This document shows, one piece after another, positions 10,662 through 19,913 of a stretch of DNA of 64,000 nt. Location of the stretch: NCBI GenBank assembly GCA_039025475.1, contig JBCCOE010000013.1:239-64238 (forward strand), in the 5' to 3' direction. The notes under the pieces are model-generated. The model did not search any database, was not told where the DNA came from, and saw only the letters and a list, made by a program, of their open reading frames with translations. The stretch is from Bacteroidota bacterium. Lineage in GTDB: Bacteria; Bacteroidota; Bacteroidia; Cytophagales; Cyclobacteriaceae. The number at the start of each line of letters is the position of its first letter. Position 1 is the first letter of the stretch. A program made the position numbers and the translations under genes.

Positions 10662-11114
10662 ATGACTACAGATAAAAAAACTGAGGTTCAGAAAACTATC
10701 TATGACAATGCCAAATCGCATTTCTTAGGAAATTTTCCAGATAATCTACCGATAGAACAGGCTTATGTACATATTGGTATGTATCTGGGTTGGGTAATAG
10801 ATACCGACTTGTATTCAGACTATTTTGAGGATGAGGCAGATGTTCAAATCTTTCGATTCAAAAGACGAGAGATATCGTGTACAATTCTCAGTGAGATATG
10901 GGACGGATACTTGGGGTATGAGCTGTTTAACAAAACAGGTAACATGTTTACCTATTACTATTATGGCGGTGGTATCTACAGAACGGATTATGATGATGAA
11001 TTGGTCAAAAAACTACCCTCGATCTACCATGTTAAAGACACTTGGGAAAATTACGAATACATGAAAAATCGTATTGATCTGAGGTTCAGGGACTGGAAAA
11101 AGCTAATATCCTGA
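10662..11114 (+). CDS. Hypothetical acidic, aromatic-rich protein (~150 aa)
   Basis: Open frame in the ORF track; motif YDNAKSHFLGNFP...HIGMYLGW; directly followed by a strong terminator. Start uncertain (10629 or 10662). Confidence 0.75.
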   Translation: MTTDKKTEVQKTIYDNAKSHFLGNFPDNLPIEQAYVHIGMYLGWVIDTDLYSDYFEDEADVQIFRFKRREISCTILSEIWDGYLGYELFNKTGNMFTYYYYGGGIYRTDYDDELVKKLPSIYHVKDTWENYEYMKNRIDLRFRDWKKLIS

Positions 11115-11135
11115 TATAAAGTTAGATTTAGGCAA

Positions 11136-11170
11136 ATAAAAAAGGGTTTGAATATCAAACCCTTTTTTAT
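11136..11170. terminator. Bidirectional intrinsic terminator
   Basis: Perfect 16-bp inverted repeat ATAAAAAAGGGTTTGA-ATA-TCAAACCCTTTTTTAT between convergent genes. Confidence 0.9.
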
Positions 11171-11190
11171 TTCTTTTTATTGAAAACAGA

Positions 11191-11367
11191 TTATCCGTTG
11201 TTCTTTTGATTTTGTACTTCTACTCTGATTTCCTGAGCAACATTCTTTAACTCTTGCATACCCTTGCGCACGCGAGTTCCGGCTGCGTTGTTTCCTTTGT
11301 CATAGAATTTTTCGAAATCAGCTTCTAGAGAATCAACTAGATTTTTAAGATCACTAAATCTGCTCAT
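11191..11367 (-). CDS. Histone H1-like (Hc1-type) small nucleoid protein, 58 aa
   Basis: MSRFSDLKNLVDSLEADFEKFYDKGNNAAGTRVRKGMQELKNVAQEIRVEVQ; the GNxAAGTRxRK motif marks the family. Start reassigned to ATG 11367. Confidence 0.8.
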   Translation of the reverse strand: MSRFSDLKNLVDSLEADFEKFYDKGNNAAGTRVRKGMQELKNVAQEIRVEVQNQKNNG

Positions 11368-11467
11368 ACTTGATAAAATTTTAAGGTTATTGAAAAAATT
11401 TCGGTTATTAAAATGAGTCGGCAATATACTTAAAATGTTTATAATTCATCTTAAAACCGACTTTTTT

Positions 11468-12715
11468 TTACTTTGTGATAGCTATAATCTCCTCTCTTTT
11501 GTAGGTCCCTGCATCTAATTTTTCCTTTACCGCAGCAAAGGCTTTTATAGTCTCTTGAACATCTTCCAAAGTGTGTACGGCTGTAGGAATCAGTCTCAAC
11601 ATAATGATATCCTTGGGCACCACAGGATAGATTACCATTGAACAGAAAATATTATAATTTTCTCGGAGGTCCATAGCCATATTACCGGCTTCCCCCAATC
11701 CTCCTTTAAATAAGACCGGCGTAACCGGAGATTTGGTAGTTCCTAAATCAAAACCATGGTCTCTTAAACCAGATTGGAGTGCATTAACCACTTTCCAAAG
11801 ATTATTCTTTAACTCAGGCTGTGTACGAAGCAATTCTAAACGCTTTAAAGCACCAATTACCAGTGGCATAGGTAATGACTTAGCAAAGATTTGTGATCTT
11901 ACCGTATATCTCATATACTCAATCACTTGCTTATTACCTCCTACAAAGGCTCCAATGCTTGCCATCGACTTAGCAAATGTTGAAAAATAGATATCAATAT
12001 CGTCCTGTACTCCAAGCTCTTCCCCGGTGCCAGCACCTGTTTTTCCCATGGTGCCAAATCCGTGCGCATCATCAACTAAAAGTCGGAATTCGTAGCGTTC
12101 CTTGAGGGCAGCTATTTCTCTGAGTTTTCCCATGTTACCAGACATACCAAATACCCCCTCAGTTATCACTAGAATACCACCACCCGTTTCCGCTACAATC
12201 TTTTCTGCCCTTTGAAGTTGTTTTTCAAGATTCTCAATATTGTTATGAGGAAATACAAACCGCTTACCCATGTGCAGACGAACACCATCTATTATACAAG
12301 CATGTGACTCAGCATCGTACACTATAACGTCTTTTCTGTCAACGACGGCATCAATTATGGATAAAACGCCCTGATATCCATAATTTAAGAGCATTACGTC
12401 TTCCTTCTCAATGAACTCTGCAAGACGTTCTTCCAACTCGACATGATGAACAGAGTTACCTGACATCATCCTAGCACCCATCGGATAAGCAAGACCCCAT
12501 TCAGCTGCTGCTTCGGCATCTGCTTTTCGAACCTCAGGATGATTCGCCAATCCTAAATAGTTATTTAAACTCCAGGTAAGTACTTCATTCCCATTGAATT
12601 TCATTCTAGGTGAAATCTCTCCTTCCAGTTTAGGGAACATGAAATAATCTTTTGGAAGATGTGAATGTTGCCCTAAATCGCCCTTTTCTACTTTTAGTTT
12701 CTCAAAAATGTCCAC
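11468..12715 (-). CDS. PLP-dependent alpha-oxoamine synthase, probably cysteate fatty-acyltransferase (capnine/sulfonolipid synthesis)
   Basis: NNYLGLANHP, HACIIDG, DDAHG, PLP-Lys motif STFAKS. YPMGARMMSG and GGGILVITEGVFG resemble, from memory, the Flavobacterium sulfonolipid enzyme subfamily. Confidence 0.8.
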   Translation of the reverse strand: MDIFEKLKVEKGDLGQHSHLPKDYFMFPKLEGEISPRMKFNGNEVLTWSLNNYLGLANHPEVRKADAEAAAEWGLAYPMGARMMSGNSVHHVELEERLAEFIEKEDVMLLNYGYQGVLSIIDAVVDRKDVIVYDAESHACIIDGVRLHMGKRFVFPHNNIENLEKQLQRAEKIVAETGGGILVITEGVFGMSGNMGKLREIAALKERYEFRLLVDDAHGFGTMGKTGAGTGEELGVQDDIDIYFSTFAKSMASIGAFVGGNKQVIEYMRYTVRSQIFAKSLPMPLVIGALKRLELLRTQPELKNNLWKVVNALQSGLRDHGFDLGTTKSPVTPVLFKGGLGEAGNMAMDLRENYNIFCSMVIYPVVPKDIIMLRLIPTAVHTLEDVQETIKAFAAVKEKLDAGTYKREEIIAITK

Positions 12716-12754
12716 TATATGATTCCTTTTTATTTAATGATTTCAAAAAACACA

Positions 12755-12785
12755 CAAACTTAACACTATTAAATTTTATGTCAAA
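12755..12785 (-). promoter_or_regulatory. Bacteroidota sigmaA promoter for the oxoamine synthase
   Basis: Minus strand: -33 TTTG (12782-12785) and -7 TAAGTTTG (12755-12762), 19-nt spacer. Confidence 0.65.
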
Positions 12786-12859
12786 GGTGATATAGACTTT
12801 GGGCACAATGGATTAAGATTGTAAACGGTAATACTTCTGATCATCTCATGTCTAGCTCT

Positions 12860-14356
12860 ATGAAAAAAATCAAAAAGATTCTTATCGCTAATCGCGGTGA
12901 AATAGCACTACGGGTAATGCGTTCATGTCGTGAAGAAGGAATTAAAACGGTAGCCGTGTTTAGCGAGGCAGACCGACAAGCCCTGCATGTTAGATACGCG
13001 GATGAAGCAGTTTGTATCGGGCCTCCTGCGTCGGCCGAATCCTACTTAAGAGGGGATAAAATTATAGGCATTTGCAAAAAATTGAATGTAGACGCTATTC
13101 ATCCAGGGTATGGCTTCCTTTCTGAAAACGCCGAGTTTGCTGAGTTGGTTAAAAAAAACGGGATAAAATTCATTGGCCCAAGCCCTGAAGCTATAAGAAC
13201 GATGGGTGACAAGCTTGCCGCGAAAGCTGCGGTAGCTAAGTTTGATGTACCACAAGTGCCAGGCGTAGATCATGCTATAAGTGATATTGCCGAATCTAAG
13301 AAAGTAGCAGAAGAAATTGGCTATCCGGTGCTCATTAAAGCAAGTGCAGGTGGTGGCGGTAAGGGGATGCGTGTAGTTAAAAATAGCGAGGAATTCGAAG
13401 AACAAATGAACCGGGCGATTAGTGAGGCGAAATCTGCCTTTGGAGACGGATCTGTTTTTATTGAAAAATTCGTTACTTCTCCACGGCACATTGAATTCCA
13501 AATTTTGGGTGATGAGCACGGTAATATTGTTCATTTATTCGAACGAGAATGTTCCATTCAAAGGAGGCACCAAAAGGTAGTGGAAGAAGCTCCTTCTTCG
13601 ATTATCACCCCTGAGATTCGTCAGGCTATGGGTGAAGCGGCCGTGGGGGTTGCTAAAGCTTGTAATTATTACGGAGCGGGTACCGTTGAATTTATTGTAG
13701 ATGATAAACTGAATTTTTACTTTCTGGAAATGAATACCCGTCTGCAGGTTGAACATCCTGTTACGGAGGAAATTACCGGTATTGATTTGGTGAAGGAGCA
13801 AATTAAAATTGCAGAAGGTCACAAGCTTTCTTTTCAACAAAAAGACCTTTCCATAAAGGGGCATTCTTTTGAATTACGTGTTTATGCAGAAGATCCAAAA
13901 AACAACTTTCTGCCTGACATTGGGCGACTAAACCGCTATGAAAGACCACAAGGTCCCGGTGTTAGGGTGGACGATGGATTTGAAGAAGGGATGGACATAC
14001 CTATTTATTATGATCCAATGATCGCCAAGTTGGTGACATACGCTGAAAATCGTGATCAAGCCATGGATAGAATGCTTAGGGCTATTGCAGAATACAATAT
14101 CTCCGGTGTAGCTACCACTCTTGAATTCGGCACTTATGTTCTTAAACACGAAGCATTTAGATCCGGCAACTTCAATACGAAATTCGTTGAACAATACTTT
14201 TCGCCCGATGTACTAAAAGAAACGGTCAGTGAATCCGAGGAAGAGATAGCTGCTGTTATTACAGCCATAATTGCTGAAAAGAATAAACCAGATCAAAATA
14301 AGGACAAGGGCCAAACAAAAGTCACGAGCAAATGGCAGAAAAGACGTTGGTCGTAA
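12860..14356 (+). CDS. accC: Biotin carboxylase subunit of acetyl/acyl-CoA carboxylase
   Basis: KILIANRGEIA, HPGYGFLSEN, GGGGKGMR, ECSIQRRHQK, EMNTRLQVEHPVTE. Confidence 0.93.
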   Translation: MKKIKKILIANRGEIALRVMRSCREEGIKTVAVFSEADRQALHVRYADEAVCIGPPASAESYLRGDKIIGICKKLNVDAIHPGYGFLSENAEFAELVKKNGIKFIGPSPEAIRTMGDKLAAKAAVAKFDVPQVPGVDHAISDIAESKKVAEEIGYPVLIKASAGGGGKGMRVVKNSEEFEEQMNRAISEAKSAFGDGSVFIEKFVTSPRHIEFQILGDEHGNIVHLFERECSIQRRHQKVVEEAPSSIITPEIRQAMGEAAVGVAKACNYYGAGTVEFIVDDKLNFYFLEMNTRLQVEHPVTEEITGIDLVKEQIKIAEGHKLSFQQKDLSIKGHSFELRVYAEDPKNNFLPDIGRLNRYERPQGPGVRVDDGFEEGMDIPIYYDPMIAKLVTYAENRDQAMDRMLRAIAEYNISGVATTLEFGTYVLKHEAFRSGNFNTKFVEQYFSPDVLKETVSESEEEIAAVITAIIAEKNKPDQNKDKGQTKVTSKWQKRRWS

Positions 14357-14370
14357 CTACTGAAATGTAA

Positions 14371-15663
14371 ATGGCAGAAATAAGACCTTTAAGAGCGTGG
14401 CGCTTTAATGGAGATCTTTCCAAAGACATTGGTGCTGTGACGTCACCGCTATTCGATGTTGTATCTGACAAACAAAGACAAAATCTTTACAGACACCCTT
14501 ACAACAGTATTCATCTATCCGTACCCTCTAGCGTAGATGATGCCGCCACATTGTCCAGAGAATGGAAACAGAAATCCATAATCTGCCAGGATCAACTGCC
14601 GGGTATTTATATCTATTATCAATATTTTTCCTTAGCCGGTCAACCCCAGGAATACTGCCGCAAGGGTTTTATTTGTAACATTAGAGCCTACGATTGGGAT
14701 GAAGGTGTCCTGCTAAGGCATGAAAATACCATGCCCAGCTCCGTTAATGACCGAATTGATATATTAAACAAAACTCAGCTCAATGTTAGTCCTACCCATG
14801 GGCTTTATACAGATCCTGAATTCGAACTGGAACAGTATATGGACGCAAGTATGAGTAACCCTATATACGAAACGGAAGACTATCAAGGTGTAAGAGATGT
14901 TCTAAGCGTTATCCACGACAAGGTTATTATTGAACGCTTTATAAGTGTAATAAAAAATAAACAAATTATACTCGCGGATGGACATCATAGATACGAGGGC
15001 AGCTTGCTGTATAGAAAAGAAATGCAACGCTCTAATCCTGGCCACACTGGTAAAGAAGGTTACAACTTCCACCTGATGTTCCTCACAAATACAGAAGCCA
15101 GAGACCTGCGGATTTTACCAACACACCGCCTGGTGAAAGGATTGCCGAAACTGGACGAAAGTGATTTGCTCCAAAAACTTAGCGAAGATTTTATAATTAA
15201 GAATATTGAAGATACCCATACGATCAACGAAATAATTGTTGGTAAACAGTGGGCTTTTGGTCTTTTATTTAAGGATAGTGCCTATAAAATAAGATTGAAG
15301 CCAGAAAGAATCGACGATTTGAGATGGAATTTCCCCCAAGAGATAAAAGAACTTGATCTTACTGTTCTTCATTATTTTGTACTAGAGAAAGCCCTCGGTA
15401 TCCCGGGCCGCGAGCAAAGGACATCCGATCTAATCGAGTTTGATCGCAACTTTAGTGACTGCCTGGCTAAAGTAATTAAAGAAGAGGTCCAACTTGCTTT
15501 GATTACGAATGAGATTTCAATGGAAGAGGTTAAAACAGTCTGTTATAGCGGAGATACCTTGCCCCAAAAATCAACTCACTTCTATCCAAAAGTTATATGT
15601 GGCTTCCTTTTCGGATCAATTCAAGAAAATGAATTTCAAGAGCCCCATTATTCTTGGCTCTGA
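14371..15663 (+). CDS. DUF1015 family protein
   Basis: N-terminal MAEIRPLRAWR, ILADGHHRYE, LPTHRLV, C-terminal PQKSTHFYPK. Confidence 0.88.
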   Translation: MAEIRPLRAWRFNGDLSKDIGAVTSPLFDVVSDKQRQNLYRHPYNSIHLSVPSSVDDAATLSREWKQKSIICQDQLPGIYIYYQYFSLAGQPQEYCRKGFICNIRAYDWDEGVLLRHENTMPSSVNDRIDILNKTQLNVSPTHGLYTDPEFELEQYMDASMSNPIYETEDYQGVRDVLSVIHDKVIIERFISVIKNKQIILADGHHRYEGSLLYRKEMQRSNPGHTGKEGYNFHLMFLTNTEARDLRILPTHRLVKGLPKLDESDLLQKLSEDFIIKNIEDTHTINEIIVGKQWAFGLLFKDSAYKIRLKPERIDDLRWNFPQEIKELDLTVLHYFVLEKALGIPGREQRTSDLIEFDRNFSDCLAKVIKEEVQLALITNEISMEEVKTVCYSGDTLPQKSTHFYPKVICGFLFGSIQENEFQEPHYSWL

Positions 15664-16291
15664 GTCTCCCAGAAGAAGAGCTCTATTGAGCTGGATTACT
15701 TCTGACTTTCAAGCAGAGTCGATAGAGGTTAACGAGGAATATCCAGAACATCTACCCTGTTATGCAGTAGCTCCATATTTAGCAAAGAAAAAGGCTGCTG
15801 CTTATCGAGAACTATTTAAAAATAAGCTTATCATCACAGCGGATACTACAGTTATTGTCGACAATACTATTCTTGGTAAGCCCGAGTCTTATGATCATGG
15901 TTTTGCCATGTTAAAATCATTATCCGGCAGATCTCATTCTGTAAATACTTCAGTCCAGGTATCATCAAAAAAAGAAGATAAAACGATTTCAGAGTTTACA
16001 ACTGTATATTTTCCCAAATTAGAAGATGACCTAATAACAGATTATTTAAATCGATTTCATCCCTTTGATAAGGCCGGAGCTTATGGTATTCAGGAATGCA
16101 CCAAAGATGCAACCACCCTTTATTCAGATGAGGAATTAAGTTTTTTAGCGAAATCCGGGCAAAAGAAATATGCTAATTCGCAAGGTGAACTCAAACCAAG
16201 TTTTATTATCAGTACCATTGAAGGTTCATTTTTTAATGTAGTTGGGTTTCCAATTGTAAAAGTAGCAAAAGTATTAAGTGAGTTTTTGTGA
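15629..16291 (+). CDS. maf: Maf-family nucleoside triphosphate pyrophosphatase with an internal insertion
   Basis: IILGSESPRRRALL, IITADTTV, ILGKP, DKAGAYGIQ, NVVGFP. Start moved to ATG 15629, overlapping the DUF1015 gene by 35 nt. Confidence 0.88.
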   Translation: MNFKSPIILGSESPRRRALLSWITSDFQAESIEVNEEYPEHLPCYAVAPYLAKKKAAAYRELFKNKLIITADTTVIVDNTILGKPESYDHGFAMLKSLSGRSHSVNTSVQVSSKKEDKTISEFTTVYFPKLEDDLITDYLNRFHPFDKAGAYGIQECTKDATTLYSDEELSFLAKSGQKKYANSQGELKPSFIISTIEGSFFNVVGFPIVKVAKVLSEFL

Positions 16292-17220
16292 AATCCATTC
16301 TCAAATACCTTAGAAGCCATATTAAAGAAGACTTTGACTTTCGTTATTACCTTTCTGTACTTCTCTTTCTATCCCTATCTATTGGCGTTAATTACTACCT
16401 GGATTTTGAAGATTCGATTATAGACCGTTATTACGGAAAATCCGTCCGAATCCTATTCTTCTTTCTATTTTACGCCTTTGCCTACTACGGTACGTGCTTG
16501 ATAATGATATCATTTAAGCAACAAAGGCATTTATTGAGCAATAAATGGTTTTGGATTAAAAGTATCTTCGTCTTGACTATTTTATCTCTGGATGCTGGCT
16601 TTCACTATCACGACATGGTAATCAAAGCAGAACTAGCACCAGAACTTCAGTATTTCGCAAGAAAAGTCGCTAAAAACCTGATCAATATTGGGACCATGAT
16701 CATTCCTATGATCATATTCTATCGCTTCTTTGATAATCACAAAAGCCGCTTTTATGGACTGACTTGGTCAGATTTTGACTACAGAACATACTTAGTCATG
16801 CTAGGTATCATGATCCCAGTCATTTATCTCGCATCCTTCATTGATGACTTTAGCGACTTCTACCCCATTTATAAAAGTAATCCGGCCCATCGTGCCTTAG
16901 ATATTGAGGAATGGGTGCCAGCACTCATTTACGAACTCGCTTACGGCTGGAACTTCCTTACCGTGGAACTCACGTTTCGAGGATTCATGATTCTGGGTTT
17001 AGTGGGCATAATGGGTAGAAATGTTATTCTACCTATGGTAGTCACTTATTGTTTTTATCATTTTGGTAAGCCAGCTGGCGAGGCCATCAGTTCAATTATA
17101 GGCGGCTATATTCTTGGCGTAATAGCGTTGGAAAGCAGGAGTATATTCGGGGGGGTACTCCTTCATGTTGGTGTAGCATGGCTCATGGAACTATTCGCAT
17201 GGCTCCAAAAAAATAATTAG
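16288..17220 (+). CDS. CPBP (Abi/CAAX protease-like) intramembrane glutamic endopeptidase
   Basis: ELTFRG, YCFYHFGKP, LLHVGVAW motifs; multi-TM; GTGA overlap with maf. Confidence 0.82.
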   Translation: MKSILKYLRSHIKEDFDFRYYLSVLLFLSLSIGVNYYLDFEDSIIDRYYGKSVRILFFFLFYAFAYYGTCLIMISFKQQRHLLSNKWFWIKSIFVLTILSLDAGFHYHDMVIKAELAPELQYFARKVAKNLINIGTMIIPMIIFYRFFDNHKSRFYGLTWSDFDYRTYLVMLGIMIPVIYLASFIDDFSDFYPIYKSNPAHRALDIEEWVPALIYELAYGWNFLTVELTFRGFMILGLVGIMGRNVILPMVVTYCFYHFGKPAGEAISSIIGGYILGVIALESRSIFGGVLLHVGVAWLMELFAWLQKNN

Positions 17221-17222
17221 AC

Positions 17223-18317
17223 TTAAGACTTGTTAAGAATCTCCTGATACATCTCAATAGTCTGTGCAGCCATGTTCTCTTTTGTAAAATCATTTAATTT
17301 CTCATAGGCGGCTACTACCAGATCATTTCTAAGCTTTTCATTATTTCTGATGGTAATGATATTCTTGACCAGGGCAGATACATCCCCCACGGGAGCGGTT
17401 AGCCCGGTTAAATTGTTGATAACCATTTCAGGTATCCCTCCTGCCCTTGTAGCCACCACCGGAACTCTCGAAGCGAATGCATCTAAGATTGATGTACCAA
17501 GTCCCTCGGTTTTGGAAGTCATTAAGAAAACGTTGAGATCGCCAATTACTTCCGGAATATTCTTGAGAAACCCTGTGAAGGTAACACGATCTAATAGATT
17601 GAGATCCCTGGCGTAACTTTTGATCTCTTCAGCCATTGGCCCCTCACCCATAATCACAAAGTGGTAGGTATCGTCCAAAACACTCAACGATTGAGCTACC
17701 TTTAAAAAGGTGAAATAATCCTTATGATCTGCTAATGCGGATGTATTTCCAATAAGAAAAGAGTCAAGGGGTAGGTTAAATATTGACCTGATAGATTTCT
17801 GTTTTACGCCTGAAAATCTACTCAAATCCACACCGCTATGAATGGTAATACATCTTTCCCTTTTTCTGGTCAAATAAGATCTCATTATTTCGGTAATAGT
17901 GTTGGAGACTCCAACAATTCGCTTTATACCCAAATGATTGTATTTCCATCTGGTGAAAAAATTGCTTTTAGGAATAAAGTCGACACGCCTTGATATAATA
18001 ACTGGTGTACGCATCCCCATTAGAAGCGCAAGAAACGTTAATGTATGTGATTTGCCACTGTGAGCATGAATAACATCATATTGATCTGAGATTCTGACTA
18101 AAAATAAGGCGGTCATCAGCAATTTGACGCCTGAAAATTCCTTACTATAATAAGGAAAGCCTCTTTGATCAGCGTAAGTATGAAAGGAAGATCTTTTTCT
18201 ACCAAGTATGGAGAACGTAAGCTCTAGCCTTTTAGACTCTTCCAGCAAATAGGCCACTTGTTGCTCCCCTCCTCTCCAGCTACGTTCGGAGGATAAGTGT
18301 AAAACCCGAATATTCAT
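17223..18317 (-). CDS. Glycosyltransferase family 4
   Basis: WRGGEQQV, IHSGVD, EGLGTSILDAFASRVPVVATRAGGIPE. Confidence 0.9.
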   Translation of the reverse strand: MNIRVLHLSSERSWRGGEQQVAYLLEESKRLELTFSILGRKRSSFHTYADQRGFPYYSKEFSGVKLLMTALFLVRISDQYDVIHAHSGKSHTLTFLALLMGMRTPVIISRRVDFIPKSNFFTRWKYNHLGIKRIVGVSNTITEIMRSYLTRKRERCITIHSGVDLSRFSGVKQKSIRSIFNLPLDSFLIGNTSALADHKDYFTFLKVAQSLSVLDDTYHFVIMGEGPMAEEIKSYARDLNLLDRVTFTGFLKNIPEVIGDLNVFLMTSKTEGLGTSILDAFASRVPVVATRAGGIPEMVINNLTGLTAPVGDVSALVKNIITIRNNEKLRNDLVVAAYEKLNDFTKENMAAQTIEMYQEILNKS

Positions 18318-19165
18318 GTCTTACGCGCTACCAGGCGAAAACCAGACTTAAATAGATATTTGTCCAACACGGAATTCCTCACCTTACCATCAGATATTTT
18401 TTTTACATCGTTGCTCAGATGTAAAACCTTAAAACCAAACTTACCCTCTAGAATTTCACTCAAATATTTTGGATTGTAATAAGTCAAATGCTGCCAGGTA
18501 TCATAATAGCTAGCTTTCCTCCTCCTGATTCCAAATAGGTCTAAGAAACGTTTTATACGAATAGATAATGAATTGATGTTTGGTGTGGCCAGATAAAGGA
18601 TTCCGTCCACTTTTAAAAGTTGATGGATCTTTTCCAGATACTCGCCCGGGTTTTTAGGATGTTCAATGACATGGTTAAGATAGATGCAATCATAGGTGTC
18701 ATTCTCAAGCGAAAGCTTTGCAAAAGCCCCTGAATGTACGATTAGCCCAAGGCTTTCGCTGAGCAAGCTGGTAAACTCCTCATCTACTTCATAACCCTCG
18801 ACTTCCCAACCTCTTTTTTTGGCCACTTCCATGTCAATCCCATTACCAGACCCCACTGATAGAAACTTACCCCTACTGGTAAAATTCTCAATGAGGTCAA
18901 GATTATCTTCGTGCTTGGCGAACCTGGGGGATTTATCATCCCCGTAACGGTGATGTTTAAAATCTTTAGCTTGATATTGAGCGTAAAAATCAGACAGATA
19001 CCTATCACTGTATTGTGGATTCATAAACTGGATTCTACAAGTATTGCAAACAAAAATTTGAATGCCTTTATAGTCTTTTAGATAGAATTCGATATCCGGT
19101 GAACTGCAAATAGTGCATGATGATAAAACCTCATCATATTCAATTTTATTTTTCCCTTCGTTCAA
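18314..19165 (-). CDS. Class I SAM-dependent methyltransferase with N-terminal Cys (Zn-ribbon-like) motif
   Basis: CTICSS...CNTC, FLSVGSGNG motif I, YLNHVIEHP, LKVDGILYLATPN. Confidence 0.85.
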   Translation of the reverse strand: MNEGKNKIEYDEVLSSCTICSSPDIEFYLKDYKGIQIFVCNTCRIQFMNPQYSDRYLSDFYAQYQAKDFKHHRYGDDKSPRFAKHEDNLDLIENFTSRGKFLSVGSGNGIDMEVAKKRGWEVEGYEVDEEFTSLLSESLGLIVHSGAFAKLSLENDTYDCIYLNHVIEHPKNPGEYLEKIHQLLKVDGILYLATPNINSLSIRIKRFLDLFGIRRRKASYYDTWQHLTYYNPKYLSEILEGKFGFKVLHLSNDVKKISDGKVRNSVLDKYLFKSGFRLVARKT

Positions 19166-19913
19166 TTAAGTAGAGTTTAATATACTTCTGGTATTTGTAG
19201 AACGCTCCGTTAATACAAATAATGAACCCAAAATAACCATCCAAAAATCCAAGTTTCAGAAAAAAGTTCTTAATAAAAAGCCAAAACGGGTAAAGCACAA
19301 CATGTACTGCGAAAGTGACCCTTTTCCCTCTTTTATAACTTTCCTGAGCGGCTATAGTCGTGAATTTATTGATTTGGCTCAAGTGTTGTTCCAATGTGTA
19401 AAATGAATAATGTTCCAGATCACCTTTTATTTTCTTTACCTGAACCCCTACATCCAACTTAACAGAATCATGTGGATTTACCCCTCCCCATTTACCCAAC
19501 CGTCTGTTCCAAAGCCTGATTTTAGTATCGGGATACCAGCCTGAGTGCCTTATCCACTTACCACAATAATTGCTAAGCCGGTTAAATTCGTAAGCAGCAA
19601 CTTTGGCATTCGCTTCTGACGACTTAATCACTTTTATACCCTCTCTAAGTTCATTGGAAAGCCGTTCATCTGCATCCAACGCTAGTACCCAGTCATTTTC
19701 AGCAAGATTGATGGCATAATTCTTTTGCTGGATATGACCTTCAAACTTGTGTTCGAAGAACCTTACGCCAAAACTTTCAGCGATTGCCTTGGTTCGGTCA
19801 GTCGAAAAGGAGTCAACCACAATTACCTCGTCCACCACGTCCTTCAAAGAATTAAGACAATCTTCCAGATTATCCTCTTCATTATAAGTTATGATAACTC
19901 CGGAAATATTCAT
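19146..19913 (-). CDS. Glycosyltransferase family 2 (LPS core beta-glucosyltransferase-like)
   Basis: ITYNEE, VVDSFSTDRT, WVLALDADER, GWYPD, GDLEHYS. Confidence 0.88.
   Translation of the reverse strand: MNISGVIITYNEEDNLEDCLNSLKDVVDEVIVVDSFSTDRTKAIAESFGVRFFEHKFEGHIQQKNYAINLAENDWVLALDADERLSNELREGIKVIKSSEANAKVAAYEFNRLSNYCGKWIRHSGWYPDTKIRLWNRRLGKWGGVNPHDSVKLDVGVQVKKIKGDLEHYSFYTLEQHLSQINKFTTIAAQESYKRGKRVTFAVHVVLYPFWLFIKNFFLKLGFLDGYFGFIICINGAFYKYQKYIKLYLIERREK

Noticed and set aside
13046-14194. Three consecutive antisense ORFs (162, 109 and 88 aa) over accC
   Set aside because: All lie in exact antisense codon register with accC, a known codon-bias effect; no recognisable domains.
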